Of a DNA stretch of 64,000 nt, positions 39,038-52,934 are shown one piece after another. The first letter of the stretch is position 1. Each line of letters opens with the position of its first letter. Below the pieces are notes generated by a model. That model searched no databases. It was given only the letters and a program-made list of their open reading frames with translations, and was not told where the DNA came from. A program made the position numbers and the translations under genes. The stretch is from positions 15,100,974 to 15,164,973 of the forward strand of contig MU054187.1 in NCBI GenBank assembly GCA_013239625.1. The letters run 5' to 3'. Origin of the DNA: Lama guanicoe. Taxonomy: Eukaryota.

Positions 39038-39796
39038 TAAAAAAAATGCCTTAGTTTTATACATTTGGTTTTTCAAATACTTCCATTCTGTAATTCATTT
39101 TTGTCCTCAGATCTGATCATCTTATCAACACATTTGAACTGCTTAGAACCCAATTATGTTGTCCTTTCTCCCAGCTGGAATTCATCCTCTTTTTCCAGTG
39201 TCTTATGAGACCTTCCTACAACTTATGCCTTTGACAGTGAGCATTTTACTGTGCAGAAGGATCTGAAGTCATCTCTAGAGTGTGTTCATTGTGCCCTGTC
39301 TATATTCCAGAGCATGTAATTCACTTTAAATATTTTATGTTTACAAAAATATACATGTGTTATGAACCCACACTTTTCCCTATTTAATGCCACTGTGAAT
39401 TAATCGCTGTCAGGTAAGTTTCCCATGGGTAGTCAGGGGGATGAATGTGGAGAGTTCAGAGGGGTGCTAATTTTAGCATTACAGAAGAGCAATTTTTAGC
39501 CTCAAGTGATTGTTGGGCTCTGGTATGTTCATATGTTTATATAATCCTTAAGATTTCTTCAAAGAACTGTATATGTCTAAGATTTACCAACATTTGGCCC
39601 TACTCTTCATTATTTTTGCTTTTATCATTTCCATTAAATGCCTCTTATTCTGTATATATTTAGAAATATGATTTACTTTTTTGGCATGATTGACATGATA
39701 CTCTAAGGTAGCAATTAATTTCATGATTTAAAATATGTCTACTGTAGACTATATTGTTTAACATTTGATTTCTTTAGTGACGTTTCCTCTCAGATT

Positions 39797-40470
39797 TATT
39801 GATACATAATCTATACACAAGAAAATTCACCCAATAAGATGCAATTGTATGCAGCTGTGTAACTACAACCACGATCAAAATACAGAAAATCAAGAAAATT
39901 TTCATTCACTATTGTCCATCTCCTCATTACAGTTTGCCTTTTCTGGACTTTAATATAAATGAAATTATACAGTGTAGTTTTTTATGTTTGTCTTTTTTCA
40001 TAAGCATACTGTTTTTGAGGTGCATTCACGCTGTGTACATCAGTAATTTGTTTATTTTTATTGGGAGATAGTATTTTAACAGTATAGATATACCACAGTT
40101 TATCTATACATTTATTACTTGATGGGCATTTAATGTTTTTATTCCCAATTTTTGGTTATTTTGAATAATATTGAATATATACTCAACATTGAATATTGAA
40201 TAGCATTTTGAATAATGTTGCAATGTACATTTATAATACAAGTACTTTTGCAGCTATGTACTTTTAATCTCTCTGGTGTAAAAACTTAGGCATGGAATTT
40301 CTGGGTGGTATGACAGGTGCGTGAGGCATACAGAGCAGTAAGTATAATACTGCCAAACTGTTTTCTAAAATGGCTGTACCACTTTGCATTTGATCAGCAA
40401 TGCAGGAGTTCTGTATTCTCAGCGACACTTGGTATTGTCAGTCTTTTTAATTTTAGTTATTCTGGTGGAT
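39797..40470 (-). mobile_element. Old L1 3' end (L1MB/ME-like)
   Basis: tttattgatacataat...gtgtaactacaaccacgatcaaaatacagaa...ctgccaaactgttttctaaaatggctgtacca. Confidence 0.8.
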
Positions 40471-41812
40471 ATTAGTGAAGTTTTAAGGTATGGATTAGCA
40501 TATGACTTAAAAAAAGTTTCTCTACTGAAAAGACAAAATGAAGGTAAACTTAACATGAGCTCTCAGTCAGGTCAGATACCAACACAGACTTGGAATATAT
40601 ATGCCCTGGTTTTATCGTACTGAGATACTTTCCTTTTCATAAAGTGAAATATTAAAGTGTATTGGTTTCAGTTTGATAATTCAAATACTGCCATTTTAAT
40701 GTCTCATCATAAATCTATTTTATTGCACTCTGTGTCACCCTTCATATCTTGGAATGAAATACATTTTTGTTTCCTTTCTGATTTGGAAACACGTATGTGT
40801 TTTTTTCCTTTCCTTATGCTTGAAGTGGTTTGGTAAAAATTTGTTGTTGTTGTTCATTTTTTTCCCTTAGCATTTTTCATATATATATAAAGTTCACCAG
40901 AGTTATTTGGAACTAATTTTTTAATGATATATAACATGGTCAAAAAGCTTCTATTCTCTTCCAGAATATTTACTTTACTTTTAAAGATGGAGTTCCACTA
41001 TGAGATGAATCACTGTTTGACAGATAATGATCAGAAGCATATAAAGAATTCTTCTGTGATGTAGCTATCATCACTCAGTAAGAATATATGATTTTGAAGT
41101 GATTGTTCTGTTTGTCATTAAATAGTGGTAACACTTAACAAATATATTTCTGGCTTCTTTTGTTATAGGATTTTAAAACTATGCTAGTTCTATAAGGAGC
41201 CCACTGTTTAATGGAGGAGAAAATAAAACCCCAAATTCCCTCATAATTCCAGGTGAGAGGAATCACTTCTTCCCACCCCTGAGTTTTTCTTTCATATGAG
41301 AAGAGCTCAGTATTCCTGGAGGCCTTCTTGTTTCTCCGCTGCAAAGAGGCAGAGTGAGCTACTTTGCCAGTGGGTATTTGCCATTAGCCCACACTTCGTA
41401 TTTAGATGGAATGAAAACACCACAGGACTTGGGCACTGGAGGTATGGTTTTTCTGATCTTTCTGGGTCAGTGGGAAGCAGAGTCATCAAAGTGTGGACTC
41501 AAAGTTTCTCTCGGGTGGGCTGTCCCAAGGCTTGATTGGAGGGGAGGGAGTTAGCAAGCCCCTCTGGGCTTTCTCACTCGGCAACTTTTTCTATCTAGCC
41601 CTTATTATTAATGATGGTGGTATCTTGGTTTCAGTTGCTGGCTCTTTTGCCTTATTTCTAAGTTGGCTCTGAACCCCTGTGGGAAACAAGGTGCCATTTT
41701 GGAACCCCTCAAAGACTCCCACTTATGGCAGAGATCAGGACCTATATTGACACAGGCTGTAGCCTAAGTGTCATCTCTCATTGGTTGCTAAGATACTTTT
41801 GCAGACTGTCTC

Positions 41813-42173
41813 CTGTACTGAATTGTCAGCAAAGCAACCTTGTGTTGTTCAAACTATTTGATGCTCCTACCTGTGGTAGCACTCTGCAGACTGCCGTTTG
41901 GGTTTAGCTGTGGCCATGTGACTTGCTTTGTCAATGAAATGCAAGTGGAAGTGACACATGAGATTTCTAGGCAGGCCAGCACGTCTGCAATCATGAAAGA
42001 AGGTATTGAAAGGGAGCCTCTATCAGCCTGGGCCCTGGAGTAAAGGTCATGCGGAACAAAGGCCCTTGCTAATCTGCGTTGAATATGCAACATACGTGAG
42101 CATTAATGTATTGCTTTAAACTGCTGAGATTTGGGGGTTAGCATAACATATATACTATGTTGACTCACCTACA
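41813..42173 (+). mobile_element. MaLR LTR (MLT1I/J-like)
   Basis: tgtggccatgtgacttgctttgtcaatgaaatgcaagtggaagtgaca...tttaaactgctgagatttgggggtt...aca. Confidence 0.75.
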
Positions 42174-42685
42174 GTTTCTTACTCCTAAAAAAAAAAAGGA
42201 TTGACTAGTCAAGTATGTTGTGACTTTGATACAAACGTGAGATCTCACCATTTTAAGAATAGATTTCTCTGGAGTGGGTAGGGATGGGAAGGAGCTCTGT
42301 AAGTGTTCATCATAAACACATACCTAATTCTGAAAAGTCAAATTGTCCATTCCTACTTGTGCATATCAGATTGCCCAGGAGAGATCAGTTTATATGAACT
42401 GGCTGCAGGCAAGTATGTTTTGATGGCGAGTGAGCAGAAGGAACTAAAGCTGGCGAGGGAGAAGGCAGGTGTGTACCGTATGAGCTTTAGCCAAATTTAA
42501 ATGGTGACTTCTGGGTGAGTGGGCCCTTCAAGCAATAAAGAAATTGAAAGTAATCTAGTCAGCAAGGCAAACACACTCCATGTGGTTAGTAGCATTTAAA
42601 ATTCACTGTCCATGTTGCTCTTTACCTTACTCTGTCCCTTTAGCTATACTTGACTTCTTTTTCCTTTTTGCTGTTTCCTTGCGTT

Positions 42686-42982
42686 TCTTTTTTTAAATTT
42701 GTGTTTAAAGTATAGTCAGTTTACAATGTTGTGTCAGTTTCTGGTGTACAGCACAATGCTTCAGTCATACATGAACATACATATATTCGTTTTCATATTC
42801 TTTTACCAGAAGTTACAAGATATTGAATATAGTTCCTTGTGCTATACAGTATGAACTTGTTTATCTATTTTATATATATTAGTTAGCATCTGCAAATCTT
42901 GAACTCCAAATTTATTGGTTCCCACCCCTTCTCCCCTAGTAATCATGAGTTTGTTTTCTATGTCTGTGAGCCTGTTTCTGAA
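42686..42982 (-). mobile_element. Short lineage-specific L1 3' end
   Basis: aagtatagtcagtttacaatgttgtgtcagtttctggtgtacagc...ttgaatatagttccttgtgctatacagta. Confidence 0.88.
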
Positions 42983-43661
42983 TTTCTTTCCATTTCTTTT
43001 CACAAACACAAGGATCAGTCACGTAAGAATTTACAAAGCACTTATCCAAAGAGAGATGTTCGCCAGTGTTTTATAAATAGTAGGGTTATGATCTTGTCTC
43101 CAGTTTTCTTTTAATTCTATCTCTATATTATGACCACATGAAACCACAATGCAAAATGGGCAGAAATTGAGCTTTCAGATGTTTCTCTTGCTAAGGGCTT
43201 TGTCTCATAATTTGGTATTTCAGGATTTATTACTTCACCCAATAATGTAATAGCCTCAGGTTGGATCTTCACTGTATTCTGTGAGGGTCTGCTAGTTATT
43301 TATTAAACAAACAGACAATTTTTTGCTTTGTGTTTTCATTTTTAAAATAATCTGATTCCTGGCTGTGTGACTTCAGTGGGGATTTGAGTTTATATTATTT
43401 ATTACTTTGGTGCTAATTAAAGATTAAGTGACATGTTATGCAATGAAGCATGTAATGAAGGCTCCAGCTATACTTCAGTAGGGCAAACTGGTATAAGGAT
43501 TGAGTCCTATACAGCACAGCGTAGTACAGGGAGGTTGATCTCAGAGTAACTGTGCTCAAATCAACAGTACCATACATGAAATACTCTTGAAATCTGTCTC
43601 AATGTGAAATAAATTTCAGTTTTCCAATAGAACTAAGTACAGTGGTAGGTATATAATGAAA

Positions 43662-44645
43662 TATTTATTTATTTATATTTATTTATTTATTTTTGAAGTA
43701 TAGTCAGTTTACAATGTGTCAATTTCTGGTGTACAGCATAATGTCTCAGTCACATATATATATATACATATATCTGTTTTCATCGTCTTTTTCATTATAG
43801 GTTACCACAGGATATTGAACATAGTTCCCTGTGCCCTACAGATGAAACTTGTTGTTTATCCATTCTGTATATAGTAGTTAATATCTGCACATCTTGAACT
43901 CCCAGTTTATCCCATTCCACCTCTCCCTCCCACCCCATAACCATAGATTTTTTTTACTATGTCTGTGTTCCCTCCAGAATATGCCCAGGAGTGGGATTGC
44001 TGGATCATATGGTAAGTCTATTTTCAGTTTTTTGAGGAATCTCCATACTTTTTTTCATAATGGCTGCACCAAATTGCATTCCCACCAACAGTGTAGGAAG
44101 GTTCCCTTTTCTCCACATCCTCTCCAGCAATTATTATTTTTAATGATGGTCATTTTGACTACTGGTGGAAGGTGATACCTCGTTATAGTTTTGATTTGCA
44201 TTTCTCTGATAATTAGCAATATTGAACATTTTTTCACGTGCCTATTGGCCATTTGTATGTCTTGGGGAATTGCTTGTTTAGGTCTTCTGCCCATTTTTGG
44301 ATTGGGTTTTCTGTTTGTTTGTTTGTTTGTTTGTTTGTTAAGTTGTATAACCTGTTTATATATTCTGGAAGTTAAACATTTGTCAGTCGCATCATTTGCA
44401 AACATTTTCTCCCATTCCGTAGGTTGTTGTTTTGTTTCACTTGTGGTTTCTTTTGCTGTGCAAAAGCTTCTAAGTTTAATTAAGTCCTGTTTATTTTGGC
44501 TTTTGTTTCTATCGCCTGGGTAGACTGTCCTAGGAGAATACTGTTAAGATTCATGTCAGAAAATGCTTTGCCTATGTTTTCTTCTAGGAGGTTTATAGTG
44601 TCTTGTCTTATGTTTTAAGTCTTTAAGCCATTTTGAGTTTATTTC
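43662..44645 (-). mobile_element. Lineage-specific L1 3' portion with internal deletion at ~43965
   Basis: (ATTT)n tail; same 3'UTR as 42686-42982; ORF 44055-44405(-) [24 protein letters not shown] is the ORF2p cysteine-rich C-terminus. Confidence 0.93.
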
Positions 44646-44669
44646 TCTTCTCCTTTGCCTATTCCTTTT

Positions 44670-44955
44670 AATGAGATCAACTTATAATGAGACCTACATT
44701 TAAAATTATATTCCCGTATGCCAGCACTCCCAACTTCACTTGCACTGCTGATTTTTTTCCCTTAATGTTTAGTCACTTTTAACACACTGTAGAATTTACC
44801 TACTATGTTTATTGTCTGACTTCCTGAGAATATAATCCCCAATAGCAGGGATTTTTGTCTCTTTTGCCTACTGATGTTTCTTTAGTTCATAGAGTAATGC
44901 CTGCCACATAACAGGTACTTAATAAATATGTTGAATAAATTTATTGAATGAACTA
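44670..44955 (+). mobile_element. L2 3' end
   Basis: gcagggatttttgtc...gtaatgcctgccacataacaggtacttaataaatatgttgaataaat. Confidence 0.75.
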
Positions 44956-45834
44956 TTTAAAACTTTAAAAAATTACCAATTTCTCTAAGTGCTTCATATG
45001 ATTAAAGGCAAGCAAAAATCCCTGTAAAGTAATTTTATTGGCATTTATGTTTTCAGCAAGAAGGCCACTGAGCAAAACATGCAGGTTATTCTAACTGAAG
45101 AACGTGAGCTTTTTACTCATCTCCACAATTCCAATGAAGGAAGTTTTATTTAAAACAATTTGATTCTTTCATATTTACCCAAATGAACTTTTCTCTGGAG
45201 AGTCTAAGGAAATACATAGATTCATCTAACAATTTTATTAAGACTAGTGTCTGAAAGCTACGTGTACTGCCCTCTCCCCCAAAGAAACTAACCTGATCTT
45301 TTATTTTCCGTTTTTATCCAAATTTGAATATTTTGTTGTACAAGCTCACTTGCTCTTGGCCAACAGAACTGTTTCTAAGAAGGACTAAATATGCTCATAA
45401 AGAAGACTCAAAGGGCTTCTTGGACAACAGCTCATTTTTATAAAACAGCATTTTGATGAGTTAAGTGTAAGTAAATCTGAAACAGATGGATTACCTAGCC
45501 ATTGAGACCCACACGTTTAAAAAACAAGTGCAACATTTCTTGTTGTGTATCCTCAAATATAAAAATAACATGCACAGTTTAAAACAAAACTTTTCTCATT
45601 TTTAACCATGTTTTTACTCAAAGCTCATGTTTCTTACATGCTTTTTTAATGGGAAATATATCCTATTTATAAACTTCCTCTTCATAACACTTGCAGGGTC
45701 ATCAAGTTGCTCTAATCTCTCAATTTTGTACCAAGGTAAATATTTTAATAATGTAATCAGGATAGCCTAGAGTTACTCACATTTTCTTCTATTTTAATGT
45801 AAGGGATAGGAAAACATTTGCTTTGTTTTAGTTA

Positions 45835-46340
45835 CTGTTTTGTGCTGTCTTCTTTTGGTTACAAGGAACAGAGACGCACAGAGAGTAGTTCAAGAAATAG
45901 GCATCCAACATCAATACAGCAACAGGAAGAAATCCATGTACTTGGGCATGGCTGCCTGTGTGAGCCTTCCCACAACAGAGCATGCAGGCAAATGGAACTC
46001 GAAAGCCTCTAGAAATGGCTAATGGCTGATCTTCCTCAGGAAGTTTTGCTCACGGCTTCTCTCTGCTCATCTGAACTATTTTCCCTCACTTTGCTAATTA
46101 CTGACCTCATAAACTCAGCTTCAGTGTCAAATGATCCAGAATGGCTCTGGGCCACTTTATAATCTTTCAGCTGGGCAGCCACAACTGTCTACCTTAGACG
46201 CTAGAGCTTCAAATTCCTGAAAGAGGACTCTGATCGGCCGAGCTCAAATTTTGAACCAGGTTGCTGATCACTCAGTATTATGGTTATGCTGTCTGGTAAA
46301 ATCAGCTCTGGCTGAGAAAGCTGGGTTCCCTGTACAGGAG
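45835..46340 (-). mobile_element. Old MaLR LTR remnant (MLT1J/K-like)
   Basis: cttttggttacaaggaacagagac...gaggactctgatcggccgagctc...tctggtaaaatcagctctggc. Confidence 0.45.
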
Positions 46341-46969
46341 GATATAAGTGTCAAGATTGGTGGCTGAGGTTTAAGTGAGCTAAATATGGACTCCAGGATT
46401 CACCAGCCGGAAGATAATTTCCAGCAAAATGTTTTTGCTAAATATGTTCTTTGGTGAATAAAATATTACTTGTTTCTCCTTTTAAGAATAGAAATATTTT
46501 AGATTTTAAATTTAGGATGCCAAAGTTGGAAAGGGTGTGGATGGCTTTCAAAGTACAAAATTCCTTCTAATCTGTCTGGATTAAAAAAAAACAACAACAA
46601 TAAAATCAGTTACATGACCAGTTAGGGGATGTGTCTTTGTTTTAAATATAGTCACTCTGTTTTCCCACAATCCATGAAATATTCCTTGAAAAAGTAGTCT
46701 TTGATTTGATATAAACTAATCTCATGACAGGCTTTACATTAAAAAAAAACAACCCAAGGCTGACTTGGGAAACTTGAGAGTTCCAATGAAAACCTGATAA
46801 TGATTGGAATAGGTTTTATTTTGCCTAGAGAAGGCGGAAGAGAGAAGAAATAATAATTTTAAATAATACATAGTTCTGATGTAGGATTTAGACAGAAATC
46901 TGCTGTGTCAGTGACCGGAGTTCAGAAAAGCAATAAAAGGGACATAATGAGCAAGGGACAGCACAGCAA

Positions 46970-47110
46970 GCGAAAGTGACAGGCAGACCTGAGTTCTGGC
47001 CTTGGTTTAGCCAGTTACCAGCTGGGATACCTTGGTTCCCTGGTAACATGAAAAAGCTTGGACTAAATGCCAACTTTGGTCCTTCCCAGCTAAAGAGAGA
47101 TTGAAATAAG
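46970..47110 (+). mobile_element. MIR fragment
   Basis: caggcagacctgagttctggccttggtttagccagttaccagctgggataccttgg. Confidence 0.5.
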
Positions 47111-50100
47111 GGACATCCAGGGCCACTGGGCATGGCTGTGCAAGTGGCTCCTCGCACATTTCTAAGAAGTGACATTCTGAGGGTACTTCTCCTTCTCTTC
47201 TACCTCACAGAGTAAATGCATTCGTGTAGAACTTCAGGAAAAACAAGCATTTCTCCCACATCCTGTGTCATGCTCACCCCAGAATTTAAAGTTCTATCAG
47301 TCCTGTAATGACTTCAATCTGTACTTAAAAAAAAAAAAAAAAAGGAAAATTTGACTCAGATGGCAACGTTTGAGCTTATGATTGAGAAACAGAGTTAGGT
47401 ATATTTTTAGGGCCCTCTAAATAAAAATAGAACCCAAAGGATCCTTGTGCTGAGTATGAACTGTTATCCTAAAGGAGATGCAAACTCACTCTCTCTGGAT
47501 GAAGACAAACATACCTAGGCTTGAGACTAATTGCAAGGGAGCAAAGGGCAAGTATTGCCAGTGACAAAGGTTTATCCATTTTAGTACTAAATGGATGCAA
47601 ACTCTAAAAAAATATAGATGAAAACCTTTACCCTACCTTTGGGCATAATCATTCTAATTCATTCCAAGAAACACAGGATGTGTCCTCTAGCAGAGCAAGC
47701 ATTATGAGAAGGTATCACAGTTTTGCAACAGGAATTCCCTGAAAGCAGTCACTAACGTCGGCCTTTACTCCTGGCTCTCAGCATCAGGATTATATTCTTA
47801 GAGCCTTTTTCAGCTTCTTAGTACTTGACTTGAGTAGTCATTTTCTCTCCCACAATAATGTCAACCGCAGGCATCAGTTCACTTCTGTAAATATACCCAT
47901 TGAATATTTGCCGATTTAGATATTCTAAGGACACTGTAAAATCTCAGTCTCTGGAAGAAACAGTGGATCCCCTACAGAACCAGCTTTCTGTATCAGAGGC
48001 GGCACTCTGCAAGGTATAATTTGAGGGCCTAAGAAAGGCCAAACTATTTTCCGTGTCCAAGGATTGTTGCTACTTAGGTTAAGAATTGTTTTCTTTGGCT
48101 TTTTGTTAAAAACAGATACTTATAGAATAGAAAACACCTTGATGTCTTAATAAGAATGAGCTTATTACAATAGTTTCTTTCATGGTAGGAAGAGCTTAGA
48201 GCAGTCTGAGCACTTTTGGTCTCTAATTGGGGTGGGGGGGATGTGGAAAAGGCACTTTTTTTTCCCCCAGAAGTGACTAATTTTTTTGTATGTATTAGAT
48301 AAAAGTTTATTTATGGTATGGTATTTTTAAAAACAGATACTCATTTAGTATGCATAGTAGTACCATATACTTTTATTAGGCTAGTCTCCAATGTGATAAC
48401 TGAGATTATAAACTAACACAAAATTACATCCCAATTTAATTGAATTAATAAACCATAAAATAAGATAGTTTAAGTTTATTGACCATAAAATCCAGAAGTT
48501 ATTTAGCATTATTTATCCATAATAACTCTTTGTAACATCGAAGTACCAACAGGATAAATAAATGCTTAGAGGAAATGAAAGTAATTAGAAGATATAAATG
48601 ACACCAACTTATTTTGCCCAGGAAAAAAAAAAATAACATCATACCACAGCTAGAGTAATGACAAAGTTTACTGGGCTTACACTGGCATAATAACTCTCTA
48701 ACTTTGATTCTTTGATATACATGCCAGGGAGATTAAAAGGGGTCTGTAATTTGTTTGAGAATACTATGCTTTGAATTGTTCGCTATAGTTTTACCTATCC
48801 AAATATGTAAACCTATGGATATTAAAACTAAAACAGAGAGAATTTATAGTCTCTCCTAGGAAACATTTACTGAGCCAGAATAAAAGAGTGGATGTGCTTG
48901 AGATCGTTTCTAAGCTAAGGGAAAGAGAAGCCACTTGTAGGTTTGAGTTTTTCCTGTCTATAATAAGTATTTGTTCAGAAAGAAATCCCACATTACCCGT
49001 TTACAAACATTGCTAATGGGGTTTCCTTAATCGTACGGAGTAAATCATTTTAGTTTTATAAAAGTTGTAGAATCTCAGGGGCAAAGAGTAATTCAGTAAA
49101 CCTGATCTCATTTTAATCAAATAAATCATCTTTATTCGATGTTCTTGGGAATTTGGGAAGCACATGAGAAAAAAACTTAAGTAGCATTTACCTCTTGAGT
49201 GTTAGTGTTGGAGATGTTGTGTTTTCACAAGTTTGGATGCCCTCACTGCACTGCGTCTCCGTGAGCCAGAACCCATAAAGCATGGAGCACTCGAGAACTA
49301 AGGTAATGGTGATTAAACTGGACCCTGAACGTTTCAGGGAGTTCTCTAACACTCAAGACAAAAATGATTTCCCTTTCCATATTCCACCACGAAATACTGG
49401 CTAGTTCTGTTGGTGATGGGAAAGAAAAGGTCCTCCATTCAGGCTGTGGTGGCAGCTTAAGGAAAAGTTGATTTAATGATTCAGCAGTTTCACTTAGCCT
49501 GGCAAGGCTCTGATACCAATTACTGATTCAAATATGTGGAATAAAAAGAAATATCCAGGAAGCTTATTTCTCCGAATTTTTCTTTTCCTTTAGCTTGCCC
49601 TTTGCATCTTACACCTTATCAACTCTTTCCTTCCGTCCTTCCACCCCCACAGCTTTCTGGATTTTGCATCTGTGATTTGATACAGGTCCATTATGAGGCT
49701 TTGCTAAAGATTTCTGGTAGATTCCTGGTAACCAGAATCACAGTGACTCCTCCAAACATTACTCATTTTTCTGAAGAAATCATTCACTCTAACTGATTTT
49801 ATTCTCAGTAGATTTCCTGGTGTTCTTTGAATTGCTTCTTTTCTATTAGGTTTTTGTTTGTTTGTTTTTAACACTCAGAAATTCTCTCTGTTTTCCTTGT
49901 TTACTCTTCTGCCTGTATTTTCAGTCTCATTACTTAGCACCCTCTCCAGGACATTGCTGAGCTCTCCATCTGCTTCCCTTGACTTCTTCTTTCTAATTTC
50001 CTCATGTTACTCTCTCATATCCTTAAACCTCAAAGGAACAGCAACAACCGCAAAAATTGCACTGATAAGCTTGGCCCTCAAGTGAATGACCCATACATTT

Positions 50101-50572
50101 CTTCCATCAACTGACAAACTCTGTGAGGACTCTGATCTTGCTGGTTCCTTGTATTCACTTCCAGGTTACTCTATAGCCCTGCAAATCTCAGCTTTCTCAT
50201 GACTCTGTGAAGCTCTTGTTTTGAAGGTCACCTAATTATCAAATCAATGTCCTTTCCCCCAAGACGATGCTTCTGTCCTCTGTGACATAAACACTGTCAG
50301 TCATCACTTCCCCTCTTGCTTTTCGCTTGTCTGTTTCTAACCACCCTGTCATCCTCATCATTTTCTTCACATCTCTTCAGTGTCATTTCGTGTTTATTTC
50401 TCCACTTCATTTTGACCACATTTCTAACTTTTTATTTTCACTTCTACTGTAGTATTTCAGGCCCTATTGCCAGGGTGTGCAGCTTACCTTCACAGTAACT
50501 TCTACATTTGTGCAGCTCTCCCTCTGTTTCCTCCACCATCATCCTAGTCCAAGCCACTATCATTCCTCTCCT

Positions 50573-50627
50573 GTTCTCTCTCTGTCTCTCTCTGTCTGTC
50601 TCTCTCTCTCTATATATATATATATAA
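50573..50627. repeat. Compound (TC)n(TA)n microsatellite
   Basis: tctctctctgtctctc...tatatatatatatata. Confidence 0.9.
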
Positions 50628-50970
50628 AATTCAGCCTTATAAAGAAGGAAAGTCTGCAATATCCAACAACATGGATGAACCTTGAGTACATTCTGCTAAA
50701 TGAAACAAGCCAGCCACAGAAGGGCATATACTAATAATTATACTTCTATGAGATCTCTAAATTAGGCAAATTCAAAAAATGAAAGAGTGGAATGGTGGAT
50801 GCCAGAGCTGGGGGGAGGAGGGAATGGAGAGTTGCTAATCAATGGGCATAAAGTTTCAGTTAAGCAGATGAACAAGTCCCAGAGATCTGCTCTACAACAT
50901 TGTACTTAGGGTTAATAGTACTGCATTATACACTTAAAACTTGTTGAGAGCAGATCTCATGTCAAGTGCC
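50628..50970 (+). mobile_element. L1 3'UTR fragment (L1MA/MB-like), adjoining L2 remnants
   Basis: attcagccttataaagaaggaa...caacatggatgaaccttgag...catgtcaagtg. Confidence 0.85.
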
Positions 50971-51189
50971 CCCTCCCAAAAGAGAGAATTCATCTTTAGA
51001 GTAAATTTCTAGCATTCTGTGATTTCTCAAATTTATAGTTATTTAAAAATTCCAAAAGATAGCATCAAATTACTATCCGTGAAAATGGCACAGATTTACT
51101 CGCTTTTCAATAGTGTAAGAAAGTGACCACTAATCTAAAAATTGTCGCTCACATTGGATACAATCAAACTGTCAAAACCTGTGTATTGT

Positions 51190-51629
51190 CTCTCCTGGTT
51201 CTGTGTGTTGACTAACTAGACTTAACCTGGCAGTTCTTCAGCTATTCTTGCTTGGAATTTCTTGTGAAGTTGTAGTCAGACACATGCTGAAGCCATCTGG
51301 AGGCTCACCTAGCATCTGGGAAAGCAGGGCCACTCTTCTTGCACTGGAGTTCATCTCAGGGCCTTTCCTCTCGATGGCCTCTATGTGCTCTCTCCAGCAG
51401 CGTAGCTGGACCTCTTCCATGACTGCTGATGATCCCAAAAAAGTCACAGAAGAGGGAGAAATTGCCAGGCATTCTTAATGCCTGCTCTCAGAACTTATTT
51501 AATGTCACTGCCTCTGCTTTCTCTTGGTCACAACCATCAGAGCTTAGCCTAGATTCAAGGGAAGAGTTGCATGAATGTGGATGGAAGGGTGGGATCCTAT
51601 GTGGACTTCTTTGGAGCCTAGGTACCACA
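51190..51629 (-). mobile_element. MaLR LTR (MLT1G/H-like)
   Basis: ctctctccagcagcgtagctggacctcttccatg...cctagattcaaggg...ggtaccaca. Confidence 0.7.
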
Positions 51630-52934
51630 GGCAGGTTCAAGTGAAACAGTAGGAATAGAAGGTAAGGGATAAGAGCCAAAGATGACACCTAGGGTTTGAA
51701 CCAGAATTCCCAACTCCATGGTACAGCATTACCATCAAGGGCAAGATCAGGAAAGAGACTTGTATGACAAGAGACAATGAAGAAAATTAATATGAAAATA
51801 TATCTCTTGAAATTTAGCTGGCTCCTAAAATCTAGGAGTTCTGTTTATTATTTAAAGGGAACGTAAATGAATAGGACATTATTTTTGAAAGTTTATTTTA
51901 ATAATCAGGCCCAAATCCTATCATTATTTTAGAGTTTTATTTTAACTAGGTATATTAAGTTCCATTTTAAAAGTATCTTCCATCTCATGCATGCTACTGC
52001 AGGAATCCACAAGCATGGATGGAATCCTCTTTGCGGTCTGTTTTTGACATTGGTTTTTCTGAGTACTCCTTTTAAAACTTGTGGAATAATACTGAAACCC
52101 CCAACAGATAATCTGCCCTCCTGTGTTTATCGCTGAGTATTCAAGCCACAGATTTAACCACTGCAGCACTCCATTAATTGTGGACATGGAATGCTTAGTA
52201 GAACCATCCCCCTGTGGTTGTGGTTTAAAACCCTCCCGGACAGGCTTATAATTGACCATCTGACCTCCAAAAGGGGAATGACGGTGGCATTAAGGTTCCA
52301 CATAATGCTAGGTTTGGTTTATTTTGTGATTGGAATGACATATTATTGAGGCAACAAGTCTAGATGTTGTCTAGCCTGAAAGCCGACAAATCTGGAAAGG
52401 GCTGAAAATGAGACGTAGGTGTGCAAAGAGAAATGACAGAAATGGAAAAAAGAAAGAAATTCAGTGACACTGTTTGCAGGAGTAGCTGCATGGTCTGAGA
52501 TGGGGGTTACTGTGGTTGTAGACAAAGTCTTTCCTACTAGGTGTCAAAAAAGGCAAAAAGAGAGGCATTGCTGATGTAGAACTGAGTGTTGCAGGATGCT
52601 GATGTAGTGCTTTTGTCAAATTTTTTCCTTATGGTTTTCTTAAAAAGGATACCCATTTCTATTATGTAAGAAATACAAAAACAGGCCAAATTTTGAAATT
52701 TTAATTTGTTTTTTCAAACTATATATGCCAAGAAGATGAAGAAGATATCTTTTCCCCCTTCTTTTAAATGGTCCCTGTTCAGGGAAGCCAGAAAATGAAT
52801 CAAGGATTATTTATCTGTTTGGCACAAATTCAGAAACTTCAAGGACCTACCAGGAGGCAATACCCTTGTTCTTTCTGTGGTTCTAGAATGCAGACCTGAA
52901 TGAAAGCAGTTGTTCCTGCATGTCACAGTAGTAG

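Noticed and set aside
41300..41560. Overlapping short ORFs in GC-richer sequence
   Set aside because: No recognisable homology or motif
47327..47343. Isolated A17 tract as a retrocopy tail
   Set aside because: No upstream poly(A) signal, element body or TSD
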